The notes beneath the pieces were generated by a model, which saw only the letters and a program-made list of their open reading frames with translations, did no database searches and was not told where the DNA came from. A stretch of DNA of 45,544 nt, taken from contig JBGSWU010000011.1 in the NCBI GenBank assembly GCA_041751795.1, positions 1 to 45,544 of the forward strand, read 5' to 3'. The DNA is from Thermomicrobiales bacterium. Lineage in GTDB: Bacteria; Chloroflexota; Chloroflexia; Thermomicrobiales; CFX8. Shown in pieces: positions 8,648 through 17,107 of the stretch. A program made the translations under genes and the position numbers. Positions within the stretch are counted from its first letter, which is position 1; each line of letters opens with the position of its first letter.

Positions 8648-9589
8648 CTAGTAGAGAATCGACGGAAGGTAAGCGCCTGCTGGCTGGTTGTAGAGGCCGA
8701 CGCTCATCAGCGTCAATGGGAAGGAAACGCGAAGCCGGTGTTCGAGGGCCCACTGGAACAACGCACTGTTTCCGACCGGCACGAGAATGCCGGGTCCGCC
8801 GAATTCTGGCGCGGCACCGATCAGTGCCTTGATGTCTTCCGTTGTTTCACCGACGGCGTGGCCGAAGTAGGCCAGTGCGCTCGCGTAGCCGGTGATCCGG
8901 CCGTCGTGCTCGACGACAACAGCGGTTCCCTGCGCGATTCCATCACGCAGTTCCCCTCCTCGATCATGGCCATGCACTTTGAAACTGACCTCGTTGCACG
9001 CATCCACGTCGGCCTCGTTGGCAGGACGAACGGTATAGCCGGGAATCTCGATTCCGAGCGCTGGACCTTGCATGCACGCGATCAGGTCGCGGGCTACAAA
9101 GCCAAGGCTCGCGTAGAGGCTCAACGAGCGGCTGTGGTAAGTCGCCTGAAGCAGGCGGACACCGGTGAAGCCGCGCTCATCTGCACGATCGAGAACGGCC
9201 TGCATCAGGGTTCGGCCAATCCCGCCGTTCTGGACGGAGGGGTCAATCGTGATCGGACCGACACCCGCGATTGAGGCGCGCTCGTCGAGGAAATTGCTGC
9301 CGACGATCGTGCCATCGATCTCGGCGACAACGGAATAGAACCCTGGGTGTCCGAGCAGGGCTGTCAGGACTTCGATTCCGGACTCCGGCGTCGGGAAGTC
9401 GGAAGGGAATCCGTGGTCAGTGGCGACGGTCGTGAAAGCGCGGTGACAGATCTGGCCGAGTGCGACGGCGTCCTCCGGCCTACCGGGGCGCAGATCGACA
9501 CCAGTGCGGGTCGTGAGTGGTTGGCGTGTCGTTAGCATTGAGATGGGGATCTCCTTCTGCAACATCTTCAGGTACGCATCATGGGACAT
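8648..9589 (-). CDS. GNAT-family N-acetyltransferase (two-lobed)
   Basis: The acetyl-CoA-binding core reads ITIDPSVQNGGIGRTLMQAVLDRADERG (Q/RxxGxG/A motif) inside an alpha/beta GNAT-like pattern. An alternative start at ATG 9538 has AAGGAG 12 nt upstream. Confidence 0.8.
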   Translation of the reverse strand: MSHDAYLKMLQKEIPISMLTTRQPLTTRTGVDLRPGRPEDAVALGQICHRAFTTVATDHGFPSDFPTPESGIEVLTALLGHPGFYSVVAEIDGTIVGSNFLDERASIAGVGPITIDPSVQNGGIGRTLMQAVLDRADERGFTGVRLLQATYHSRSLSLYASLGFVARDLIACMQGPALGIEIPGYTVRPANEADVDACNEVSFKVHGHDRGGELRDGIAQGTAVVVEHDGRITGYASALAYFGHAVGETTEDIKALIGAAPEFGGPGILVPVGNSALFQWALEHRLRVSFPLTLMSVGLYNQPAGAYLPSILY

Positions 9590-9889
9590 CGGGATTGGCG
9601 CTAACGCCTGCTCGCGTGATGCATGCGTCCCCGTGTTCCACCATTGGCCTGCGGGCCACGGACAGGTCTGAGTCCTTGTCCGTGCGGGGAATGCGGGTTG
9701 AACGCCGTGCAGCGAATTCTCAAACCGCTTTGACGATGGTTACCTCGCTTTCAGTTCATGCGCTCCATTCGAATGGTCGCTCATGGAAGCGTATGGACAG
9801 GGAGTGGACGAAACGCCGTCACGAAGTTCGTGATTTGGCCTGTCCAATCAGTCAGCATGGAATGTGTCCGAGCAGGCAGGACGCAATAC

Positions 9890-9926
9890 GGAAAGCGCTG
9901 ACCCATTGAGAGCCAGCGCGCTTTCC
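9890..9926 (-). terminator. 9-bp GC-rich hairpin downstream of malQ
   Basis: GGAAAGCGC (9890-9898) pairs with GCGCTTTCC (9918-9926). It lies 36 nt past the malQ stop on the minus strand. No U tract. Confidence 0.4.
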
Positions 9927-9962
9927 GTCTGTTCAAATGCCGATGTGTCCGGAGGTTAAGAC

Positions 9963-11522
9963 TCAGGTCCCGGTTCGGCCCGCCATCTCGGTCAAGTCTG
10001 CCAGCCACTCCGCGATATCGTCTGTCATTGCGTCCCTACTCACCTTCCATCCCCAGTTTCCGTCCGGGCGGCCAGGCAGGTTCATTCGGGATTCTCCGGG
10101 GAGCGAGAGCACGTCCTGAAGTTGGACGATCGCTGTTTCAGCGACCGAAAGCCAGGCGGTACGAATCAGATCCAAGGCGATATCGTCTCCCGAAACGCCA
10201 AGATATCGGCGAACGTGATCCTGAGTGGCCTCGTCGGCGTCGGTATACCAGCCGACGGTGGTGTCGTTGTCGTGGGTGCCGGGGTAGATAACGGTGTCAC
10301 GTGTCAAGTTGTGGGGCAGGTAGAGGTTGTCGCTGCCGGAACCAAACGCGAACTGAAGCACGGCCATGCCGGGGTAGCCAAGTGCATGGCGAAGATCATC
10401 GACATCTTTCGTAATCAGTCCCAAGTCTTCGGCAACGACCGGCAGGTCGCCGAGTTCGGAGCGGACGGCGTCGAACACATCCCGGCCCGGCCCCGGCTTC
10501 CACTCGCCATTGATAGCCGTTTCCTCGCCAGCCGGAACCGACCAGTAGTTCGCGAAGCCACGGAAATGGTCAATCCGGGCGATGTCGACCATCGCGTAGA
10601 CGGCGCGGAACCGTTCGATCCACCAGCGATAACCATTGGACGCCATTTCCTGCCAGTCGTAGAGCGGGTTGCCCCAGAGTTGGCCGGTCGCGCTGAAATA
10701 GTCCGGTGGAACGCCAGCAACTGCCGTTGGACGCGCGCGTTCGTCGAGTTGGAAGTCACTCGCGTTGGCCCAGACATCGGCGCTGTCCTCGGACACGAAA
10801 ATCGGGATGTCGCCGATGATGCTGATACCGAGTTCCGTTGCGTGTTTGTGAACGGCGTTCCACTGGCGGTAAAAGGCGAACTGGATGAAGGAGAGGATGC
10901 CGATCTCGTCGGCCAATCGCGAACGCGCTGCGTCCAGGGCTGCCGGTTCACGTAGTCGCTCCGGCTCAGGCCAGTCAGTCCAGAGACCACCGCCATTCGC
11001 GTCCTTCAGCGCCATGAAGAGGGTGTAATCGTCCAACCAACCCGCCTGCTCAGTAACGAAGCGCTTGTACTCGCTCTGTAGTTCTTGGGCTTGACCGGCG
11101 TGGAAACGCTCGGCGGCGCGACGGAGTTGGGCCGTCTTGAAGTCGGCGACGGTGCTGAAGTCGACCTGCTCCTCCGCAAACCCAGCGTGGTTCAGGTCTG
11201 CGTCGTTCAACAAACCGTCATCACGAAGGAGATCGAGCGAGATCAGCAGTGGATTACCGGCAAAAGCCGAATAGGACTGGTACGGTGAATCGCCGTAACC
11301 AGGAGGTGTCAGCGGCAGGATCTGCCAGCGATTCTGCTTCGCCAGGGCGAGCCAGTCCAGGAAGTCAAAGGTTCCCTTGCCGAGATCGCCGATCCCGTGA
11401 GAACCAGGCAGCGACGTAGGATGCGCCAGAACACCGCAATAGCGGGCTGGCGGGCGACGATCGTTCTGATCTTCCTGCTGTTGTTTGATCCATGCTGTCC
11501 CGGTTCCCGACTCGTTGGGCAT
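9963..11522 (-). CDS. malQ: 4-alpha-glucanotransferase (amylomaltase, GH77)
   Basis: YCGVLAHPTSLPGSHGIGDLGKGTFDFLDWLALAKQNRWQILPLTPPGYGDSPYQSYSAFAGNPLLISLDLL, plus IGDIPIFVSEDSADVW, RIDHFRGF and PGTHDNDT, are hallmark GH77 blocks. An AGGGA-type SD precedes ATG 11522. Confidence 0.92.
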   Translation of the reverse strand: MPNESGTGTAWIKQQQEDQNDRRPPARYCGVLAHPTSLPGSHGIGDLGKGTFDFLDWLALAKQNRWQILPLTPPGYGDSPYQSYSAFAGNPLLISLDLLRDDGLLNDADLNHAGFAEEQVDFSTVADFKTAQLRRAAERFHAGQAQELQSEYKRFVTEQAGWLDDYTLFMALKDANGGGLWTDWPEPERLREPAALDAARSRLADEIGILSFIQFAFYRQWNAVHKHATELGISIIGDIPIFVSEDSADVWANASDFQLDERARPTAVAGVPPDYFSATGQLWGNPLYDWQEMASNGYRWWIERFRAVYAMVDIARIDHFRGFANYWSVPAGEETAINGEWKPGPGRDVFDAVRSELGDLPVVAEDLGLITKDVDDLRHALGYPGMAVLQFAFGSGSDNLYLPHNLTRDTVIYPGTHDNDTTVGWYTDADEATQDHVRRYLGVSGDDIALDLIRTAWLSVAETAIVQLQDVLSLPGESRMNLPGRPDGNWGWKVSRDAMTDDIAEWLADLTEMAGRTGT

Positions 11523-11598
11523 CGTCGTTCCCTCTCGGCGTTTGCTTCTTCGTTCAATATCCGGTCATACCGGAGTATGGACGATACCTTCGCAGGTT

Positions 11599-12057
11599 TC
11601 ACGCCTGCCGATCGCGCCAGGCGTGGATCGCCTGCGCGTGAAGCGGATAGTGACTGTATGTATCAAGTCTGAGCCGACGGCGAACCCTCGTTTCCCGGGT
11701 GATATGTTCGTCGGGAATCGTCTGGATGAAATCGATCAGCCGCTGGTGCGTCGTGTCGAGTTGGTGCAGGACATCGGCGAGCGACAGGTTCCGTCGTTGG
11801 GCAACCATCTGGGCATTAAACGCGTCGATACCACCGTACGTGACAGAATACCGGGGCGGTCTGCCTCCTTCAATGAGCAGCGGCAGGTGCTTCAACGCTT
11901 CTTCTTCCCAGATCGTGATGTGAGCGAGGATATCTTTGATCGACCAGTCGTCGACAACACCTGCGGCTATGAGTTGACTGTCCGGCAAACCTGTGTACGA
12001 TACTCGTAGTGCGGTCCACGCCGTATCGAGTCGTTTCAGGAGTTGCTGTCGGTTCAT
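11599..12057 (-). CDS. DinB/ClbS-like four-helix-bundle protein
   Basis: MNRQQLLKRLDTAWTALRVSYTGLPDSQL...WSIKDILAHITIWEEEALKHL...DTYSHYPLHAQAIHAW. The pattern of conserved His residues and the WSxKDxLAHxxxWE block resembles the DinB_2/ClbS-DfsB superfamily. GAGGAG precedes ATG 12057. Confidence 0.65.
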   Translation of the reverse strand: MNRQQLLKRLDTAWTALRVSYTGLPDSQLIAAGVVDDWSIKDILAHITIWEEEALKHLPLLIEGGRPPRYSVTYGGIDAFNAQMVAQRRNLSLADVLHQLDTTHQRLIDFIQTIPDEHITRETRVRRRLRLDTYSHYPLHAQAIHAWRDRQA

Positions 12058-12389
12058 GTCTGGTACTCCTCTGGGCTGGATGTATTCCTCCGGATCATGG
12101 AGTATGACCGATACCATCGCGACTGTCGTCAGTTTTCTTCGATCCGACGGCACACGATTCTCCAGCAGTTACAACAACGTGTTGCAACGAAAACGTGACG
12201 TGAGAGAATAGTTCAGAGTTTGGCTGAGACGCGTCCACGATCTGTACTATCCAGCAATACGCTTCTCGCATCTTCTGGACGATCGGACGAAAGCAGGAAT
12301 GTGAACGCTACGATGCGTACGCATATCCCGAGGACGGATCGTCGGTTGCAGCCCACCCTGACGGGTCAGGCATCAGTGACTGTGTTGAG

Positions 12390-12440
12390 AACCCTTTCCA
12401 CGATTCCACCTGCATGAGAGGTGGGACCGGTGAAAGGGTT
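12390..12440 (+). promoter_or_regulatory. Nested double hairpin in the long 5' leader of the S8 protease gene
   Basis: Outer stem AACCCTTTC (12390-12398) / GAAAGGGTT (12432-12440). Inner stem CCACCT (12406-12411) / AGGTGG (12419-12424). Followed by CGTTTCGTTC. No riboswitch class recognised. Confidence 0.3.
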
Positions 12441-12610
12441 CGTTTCGTTCAGGTCATTCGCGTTTCCGGGCAACAACCGTCCGGTTGTACGAGTCTGGAA
12501 GGGGGCCATCGGGAAGGCTGACAGGGGTTTCGGGCTGCTGTGCGCTCAGCATGTCCGTTGGCTGGCGGTATGTTCACCGCCAGGTGTGGTGGTACGGAGG
12601 GAGCACATTG

Positions 12611-15600
12611 GTGAAACCAGTGCCTGCCCGGCGCGTGCGACACGCGTCCGTGGCCGTCTCGGCCGTGATGATCCTCTCGATGTTACTCGTTGGAATTGGC
12701 GGAACCAGTGTTGGTGGCGCGACGGCAACGCAGATGCGAGTCTCGTCCAAGTCCGACGCTGCGATGCGCAAGGTTCACCCGCAACTTCTGCGGGCGGCGA
12801 AGGACTCGCCGGACACCTGGGTCCAGATCCGCGCCTACGCCAAGACCGGAACGGATCTCTCGGCCTACATGTGGGACGCACTTGCTCCCGCCTATGTCGG
12901 GCCGACCGGGTATACGACGATCACCGGCACGATCCTGGCACACAACGTGAGCAAATTGGCTGGTGTCGAGGGCGTCGCCTCGGTCTTCCCGCTGACCGGC
13001 GCTGCCCTCCCGGACCGGAAGTATGACGAGAACCGGACGACGGCACCCGTGCTGAGCGCCGATGTCCAGGCGCGGTTGAGCGAACGGCTCCAGTCCGGCC
13101 AGCGCAACAACTATCCGTACGCGACCCAACCAGTCGCCAATGGCTGGTATGACGTCCTCGGTGGTCACGACTCCCAACTTGCCTGGGAAAAGGGATACAC
13201 CGGCGAAGGCGTCAAGGTCATGGTTAACGACTCGGGCATCGACTTTGCCCACCCTGACCTGATGGGTACGCAGGCACGTGTGACAGACCCGAGTTCGCCG
13301 TACTACGGCTGGCCGTTGCAGTTCGACCAGTTCTCGATGTACCTGCTGGCGCGTGACTTCTATCTCGGTGAGGCGAACATCGCCGCCGGATTTGGTGCGT
13401 ATGCTGATACCAGCACGGTCGTTACTGACGGCAGCGCGTCGTATCAGCCGGTTGATGCCGATGCTCCGTACGATTACACGCTGACCGGCACGAGCATAAG
13501 TGGCGACTACCACATCGGCACCCACCCGGATAACGGGTTGCGGCAGTGGTATCGCCTGATCAACGAGATCGATCTGGCTGATCCACAGGCGCACGACGAG
13601 CGACCAGCGATTCTTGTCGCTGACGAGAGCGTCGCTGGCGTCTACGACACGGTCTACGTTGACCTGAACTTCAACAACGACTTCACCGATGAGAAGCCGC
13701 TTCGCAAGGGTGACGAGATTGGCGGAGCCGACTGGTGGGGCGCCTGGAACCCGGAAACGGGCGACTTCGATCCCGAACCGGACGGCCTCTACGATCAGTC
13801 TGCGGGTATGCTCTACTGGATCGCTGACGGTGTGAACTCTGTCCCGGCTGCCGACTGGTGGTGGGGCATTGGTGCAGCCGGCAATGGCGCGTCTGACGAG
13901 GGCGATCCGGCTTCGGGCAACCTCGTTCTTTTCTCGGTTCAGGACTACATCGCCAGCCCTGGTGGTGACCACGGCCAACTCTGCGCCTCGGGCGTCGCAG
14001 CTCAGGGCATCACGAATGCTCCATCGGCGCTGAACGGCGCGTACCCGACCTACAAGCCCGAGGGCACGAACGGCATGGTCACGGCAGCCGGCAAGGGTGT
14101 TGAACTCATCAACGCCGGTGACTTCTACTCGCTGCTCGGAACCGATGCGTTCTACTTCGCGGCACTCGGTTACGATGGCGTTCCTGGAACCGACGATGAC
14201 ACCCAAATCATGTCAAACTCCTGGGGCTATTCTGAGATCCACAACGATGGCTGGGATCAGATGTCGCGTGAGATCGACTCGATCGTGCGCTTCCTGAACC
14301 CGAGCCTCCTCGTGATGAATTCTGCCGGTAACGGCGCACCGGGCTTCGGCACGACCGGCCATCCCGCTCCAGCCGCTGGTATGTCGATCGGTGCTTCGAC
14401 GCAGTACGGCTCGACCGGCAACTTCGACTCGATCGTCAGCGCCGGGCAGATCACTCATGGTGATGTCGTCTCATGGTCTGGTCGTGGGCCAGGTGCACGC
14501 GGCGATGCTGGAATCAGCCTGCTCGGAAATGGCTCGGTTGGTTCGGGCGCAGCCCCACTGAATGAGTTCTTCTCCGGTGCAAGTTCATGGTACCCATGGG
14601 GTGGCACCAGCCGCTCGACCCCGGTTGCCGCGGGTAACGCAGCACTCATGTATCAGGCGTACTACGAAGCGAACGGCAGTTGGCCGGACTTTGAAACGGC
14701 CAAGGCGATCCTGATGAGTGGCGCAAAGGACCTGAATTACGATCCGTTCCTCCAGGGCGCTGGCTCGATCAACGGCAATCGAGCCGTAGATATCGCCTCA
14801 GGCGGTGGCGGTGCCTATATCACGCCGAGTGAATGGATCGCAGGCTCCTGGCATGGTGAGGAGTACCCAGCGTTTACCAACATCATGAAGCCGGGGGAGA
14901 CTGACGACGCCTGGTTCGAGATCCACAACCCAGGTGACTCCGATCTGCACTTTGACGTCGGCTCGCGCTGGCTGCTGAAGCAGGGTGAGTGGACGAATGA
15001 CTTCACGTCTGCGCCAATCAGCCAGGAGCCGCTCGACTGGGAAGAAGACAATCCAATCGGGACGGCGAGCAGTCTCAACGCACCGCATTACCTTTGGAAC
15101 ATCACTGACTTGGTTCCGGAATCGACCGATGTGCTGGTCGCGCGGATAAATGTTCCGTACGCTCAGTTCGACCCGGCTGGTTCGTACAGCGCGACAGAAA
15201 TCAATATCTGGCGCGTCTACGGCTACGACTGGACCGATGTCAACGGTGACGGCAATCTCTGGACGGACGACAATGGAGATGGTCTGGTCCAGGATGATGA
15301 GCTGGATGCCGGAGAGTACATCCGCTTCAACTACGGCTACAACGCGAGCCAGGCCAACACGCTGACCATCCAGAATCCGCGCGGTCGCGCAACGGACGGC
15401 ATCTTCCTCGGCCTGATCCACGAACAGGCACGAGAGGATGTTCCGCAGACCAACATCAACATGCTGATGGAGTTCTACGAGCAGACCGAGTGGGACTGGG
15501 TCGAATCGTACAGTGACGCAGTGACGGTTCCGGCTGGCGGCAGCAACCGGGTCAACGTCCGTGTCGCCGTCCCGGGTGACGCTCCGCACGGTGCGTACGA

Positions 15601-16840
15601 GGGTGCGATCTGGTTCAACGACGGGTACTGGACGTCGACCGTGCCGGTGACGATCAATGTCGCAGGCACATCCAACATCGAAACTGGCGTCGCCGACGAC
15701 GATACGCTGGATGTCGAGCCGTACTATCGCAACAATCAGGTGTATGGCGCCCAGGCATGGGACTGGCGGCAGGAGTCGGGCGACTGGCGCTTCTACTTCG
15801 CTGACCTGTCCGAGACTCCCGGCGGCCTCGGTCAGCCGGATCAGGGTCAGCGCTACTTCATGGTAGATTCCTGGTGGGAACACATGCCTACCGACGTCAA
15901 TGTTCACATCTATGGCCCAACGCTGGACTGCTTTACGGGTCTGGAAGACTGCGCTGGCTTGTTCGATCCGTACAATCCGGCAACTTACGGTCCGTACACG
16001 CTCGAACGACTCGGCGGCAGTGACGAGTTCTACGTCGGGTCCGGTGTCTTCCTGACAGCAACGTCGAGTGGAACGAACCGTGAGTTCGTGGCGGCCCCGT
16101 ACGTTCCGGGCCTCAACGAAGTCATGCTCGACAACGTGAACTTCGCTTCGGCTGAGCAGGCTGAATCATTCGGCATGCAAGCTGGTGCGCTGTCCGTCTC
16201 GGTTGCGCCAATCGACGTGTCACGGCCATCCGGGAATCCGGGCTTCCTGATTCAGGAGCAGGTCGTATCGACGATGGATCTTTCCGGACTGGTCGTCCAA
16301 GGCTTTGGCCTGAGCCGCCCAGAGGTCAAGACTGGCCTGCCGATCAGTCAGGACGATCCAAATGATCCATTCACCGCCAGCTACACCGAGCAGTTCACCG
16401 TCGGCAACGCTGGTCTGCTGGACATCTCGACGGCTGGACAGGATGGCGATGACCTCGACATCTACCTGCTGTATGACTTCAACGGCGACGGTGAATTCAC
16501 CGCTGATGAACTGGTGGGCGCATCGACAACGCCGACTGCCGACGAGCACATCCGGATCACGCTGCCTGCGGCTGGTGAATACAAACTGCTGGTCCAGGGG
16601 TGGGCGATCCCGACGGAAGAGTCGACGTTCGATCTGTCGATCAACATCGTCCAAGGTGACGACATCACCGTCACCGATCTGCCGCAAGGCCAGATCATCC
16701 CTGGCGTTCGCTACAACTTCACGATCGAGTTCAGCCCGGAGGGTGTTGAGCCAGGTATCTACGAGGGCCTGATCGCACTTGGCCCACCGGAAGGACCCGC
16801 CGCAATCCTGATCCCGGTGACCTACGAGATTCGGGAATAA
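12611..16840 (+). CDS. Very large secreted subtilisin-family (S8) serine peptidase with C-terminal accessory domains
   Basis: Catalytic Asp in VMVNDSGIDFAHPDL (codon 13229-13231), His in GGDHGQLCASG (13970-13972), Ser in GGTSRSTPVAAGNAALMY (14609-14611). Signal/anchor VKPVPARRVRHASVAVSAVMILSMLLVGIGG. GTG 12611 lies 7 nt after GGAGGGAG. Asp-rich Ca-binding-like loops (DVNGDGNLWTDDNGDGLVQDDELD and YDFNGDGEFTADELVG). Confidence 0.9.
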   Translation: MKPVPARRVRHASVAVSAVMILSMLLVGIGGTSVGGATATQMRVSSKSDAAMRKVHPQLLRAAKDSPDTWVQIRAYAKTGTDLSAYMWDALAPAYVGPTGYTTITGTILAHNVSKLAGVEGVASVFPLTGAALPDRKYDENRTTAPVLSADVQARLSERLQSGQRNNYPYATQPVANGWYDVLGGHDSQLAWEKGYTGEGVKVMVNDSGIDFAHPDLMGTQARVTDPSSPYYGWPLQFDQFSMYLLARDFYLGEANIAAGFGAYADTSTVVTDGSASYQPVDADAPYDYTLTGTSISGDYHIGTHPDNGLRQWYRLINEIDLADPQAHDERPAILVADESVAGVYDTVYVDLNFNNDFTDEKPLRKGDEIGGADWWGAWNPETGDFDPEPDGLYDQSAGMLYWIADGVNSVPAADWWWGIGAAGNGASDEGDPASGNLVLFSVQDYIASPGGDHGQLCASGVAAQGITNAPSALNGAYPTYKPEGTNGMVTAAGKGVELINAGDFYSLLGTDAFYFAALGYDGVPGTDDDTQIMSNSWGYSEIHNDGWDQMSREIDSIVRFLNPSLLVMNSAGNGAPGFGTTGHPAPAAGMSIGASTQYGSTGNFDSIVSAGQITHGDVVSWSGRGPGARGDAGISLLGNGSVGSGAAPLNEFFSGASSWYPWGGTSRSTPVAAGNAALMYQAYYEANGSWPDFETAKAILMSGAKDLNYDPFLQGAGSINGNRAVDIASGGGGAYITPSEWIAGSWHGEEYPAFTNIMKPGETDDAWFEIHNPGDSDLHFDVGSRWLLKQGEWTNDFTSAPISQEPLDWEEDNPIGTASSLNAPHYLWNITDLVPESTDVLVARINVPYAQFDPAGSYSATEINIWRVYGYDWTDVNGDGNLWTDDNGDGLVQDDELDAGEYIRFNYGYNASQANTLTIQNPRGRATDGIFLGLIHEQAREDVPQTNINMLMEFYEQTEWDWVESYSDAVTVPAGGSNRVNVRVAVPGDAPHGAYEGAIWFNDGYWTSTVPVTINVAGTSNIETGVADDDTLDVEPYYRNNQVYGAQAWDWRQESGDWRFYFADLSETPGGLGQPDQGQRYFMVDSWWEHMPTDVNVHIYGPTLDCFTGLEDCAGLFDPYNPATYGPYTLERLGGSDEFYVGSGVFLTATSSGTNREFVAAPYVPGLNEVMLDNVNFASAEQAESFGMQAGALSVSVAPIDVSRPSGNPGFLIQEQVVSTMDLSGLVVQGFGLSRPEVKTGLPISQDDPNDPFTASYTEQFTVGNAGLLDISTAGQDGDDLDIYLLYDFNGDGEFTADELVGASTTPTADEHIRITLPAAGEYKLLVQGWAIPTEESTFDLSINIVQGDDITVTDLPQGQIIPGVRYNFTIEFSPEGVEPGIYEGLIALGPPEGPAAILIPVTYEIRE

Positions 16841-16869
16841 TCAGGAACGCGACGCACATACGCATCGAG

Positions 16870-16901
16870 GAGCGGGGAGGGTCGAAAGGCCCTCCCCGCT
16901 C
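16870..16901 (+). terminator. 12-bp GC hairpin after the S8 peptidase gene
   Basis: GAGCGGGGAGGG, loop tcgaaagg, CCCTCCCCGCTC. It starts 30 nt after the TAA at 16838-16840. Confidence 0.6.
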
Positions 16902-17107
16902 TGTGTCCTGACAGTCACCGGATGTGTGCCGCATGCCTTGCGTGACAATCTGACACCTTTCCTCGCGACTTCCCGCGCATCGCGCTATGATGGATAGCGT
17001 TCCGCTACGGGTATTCGGTCATTGGGGATGATCGATGCTGAACGGGTACGGTGGAACGTGACCAGCGGTTGACACTGAGGAACATATACGAAGCGAAGGG
17101 GGCGACG

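Noticed and set aside
8573-8650. The GNAT ORF, its TAG stop and the PEP-utilising gene are all in the same frame with no further stop in between. Considered as a possible third read-through or fusion.
   Set aside because: The intervening 25 codons contain the SD (GTGGAGAC) for the PEP-enzyme ATG and encode an unremarkable sequence. The GNAT fold is complete before the TAG, so the shared frame is most likely coincidence.
9590-9962. A ~370-bp non-coding spacer between malQ and the GNAT gene, with several hairpins (for example 9658-9688 and the palindrome CCATTCGAATGG near 9764-9775). Considered as a riboswitch or sRNA.
   Set aside because: I could not match it to any riboswitch or RNA family consensus by eye. 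The ORFs in it (9517..9909, 9781..10008) are not protein-like. Only the malQ-proximal hairpin is reported as a feature.
12683-14206. 507-aa ORF on the minus strand inside the S8 protease gene. Similar long antisense ORFs occur at 14798..15907, 27509..28387, 31577..32641, 34868..35467, 36020..36697, 17465..18271 and 7016..7879.
   Set aside because: Their Arg/Gly/Val/Asp-rich composition is not protein-like. They lie exactly opposite genes with clear domain signatures. These are typical shadow ORFs of GC-rich DNA.
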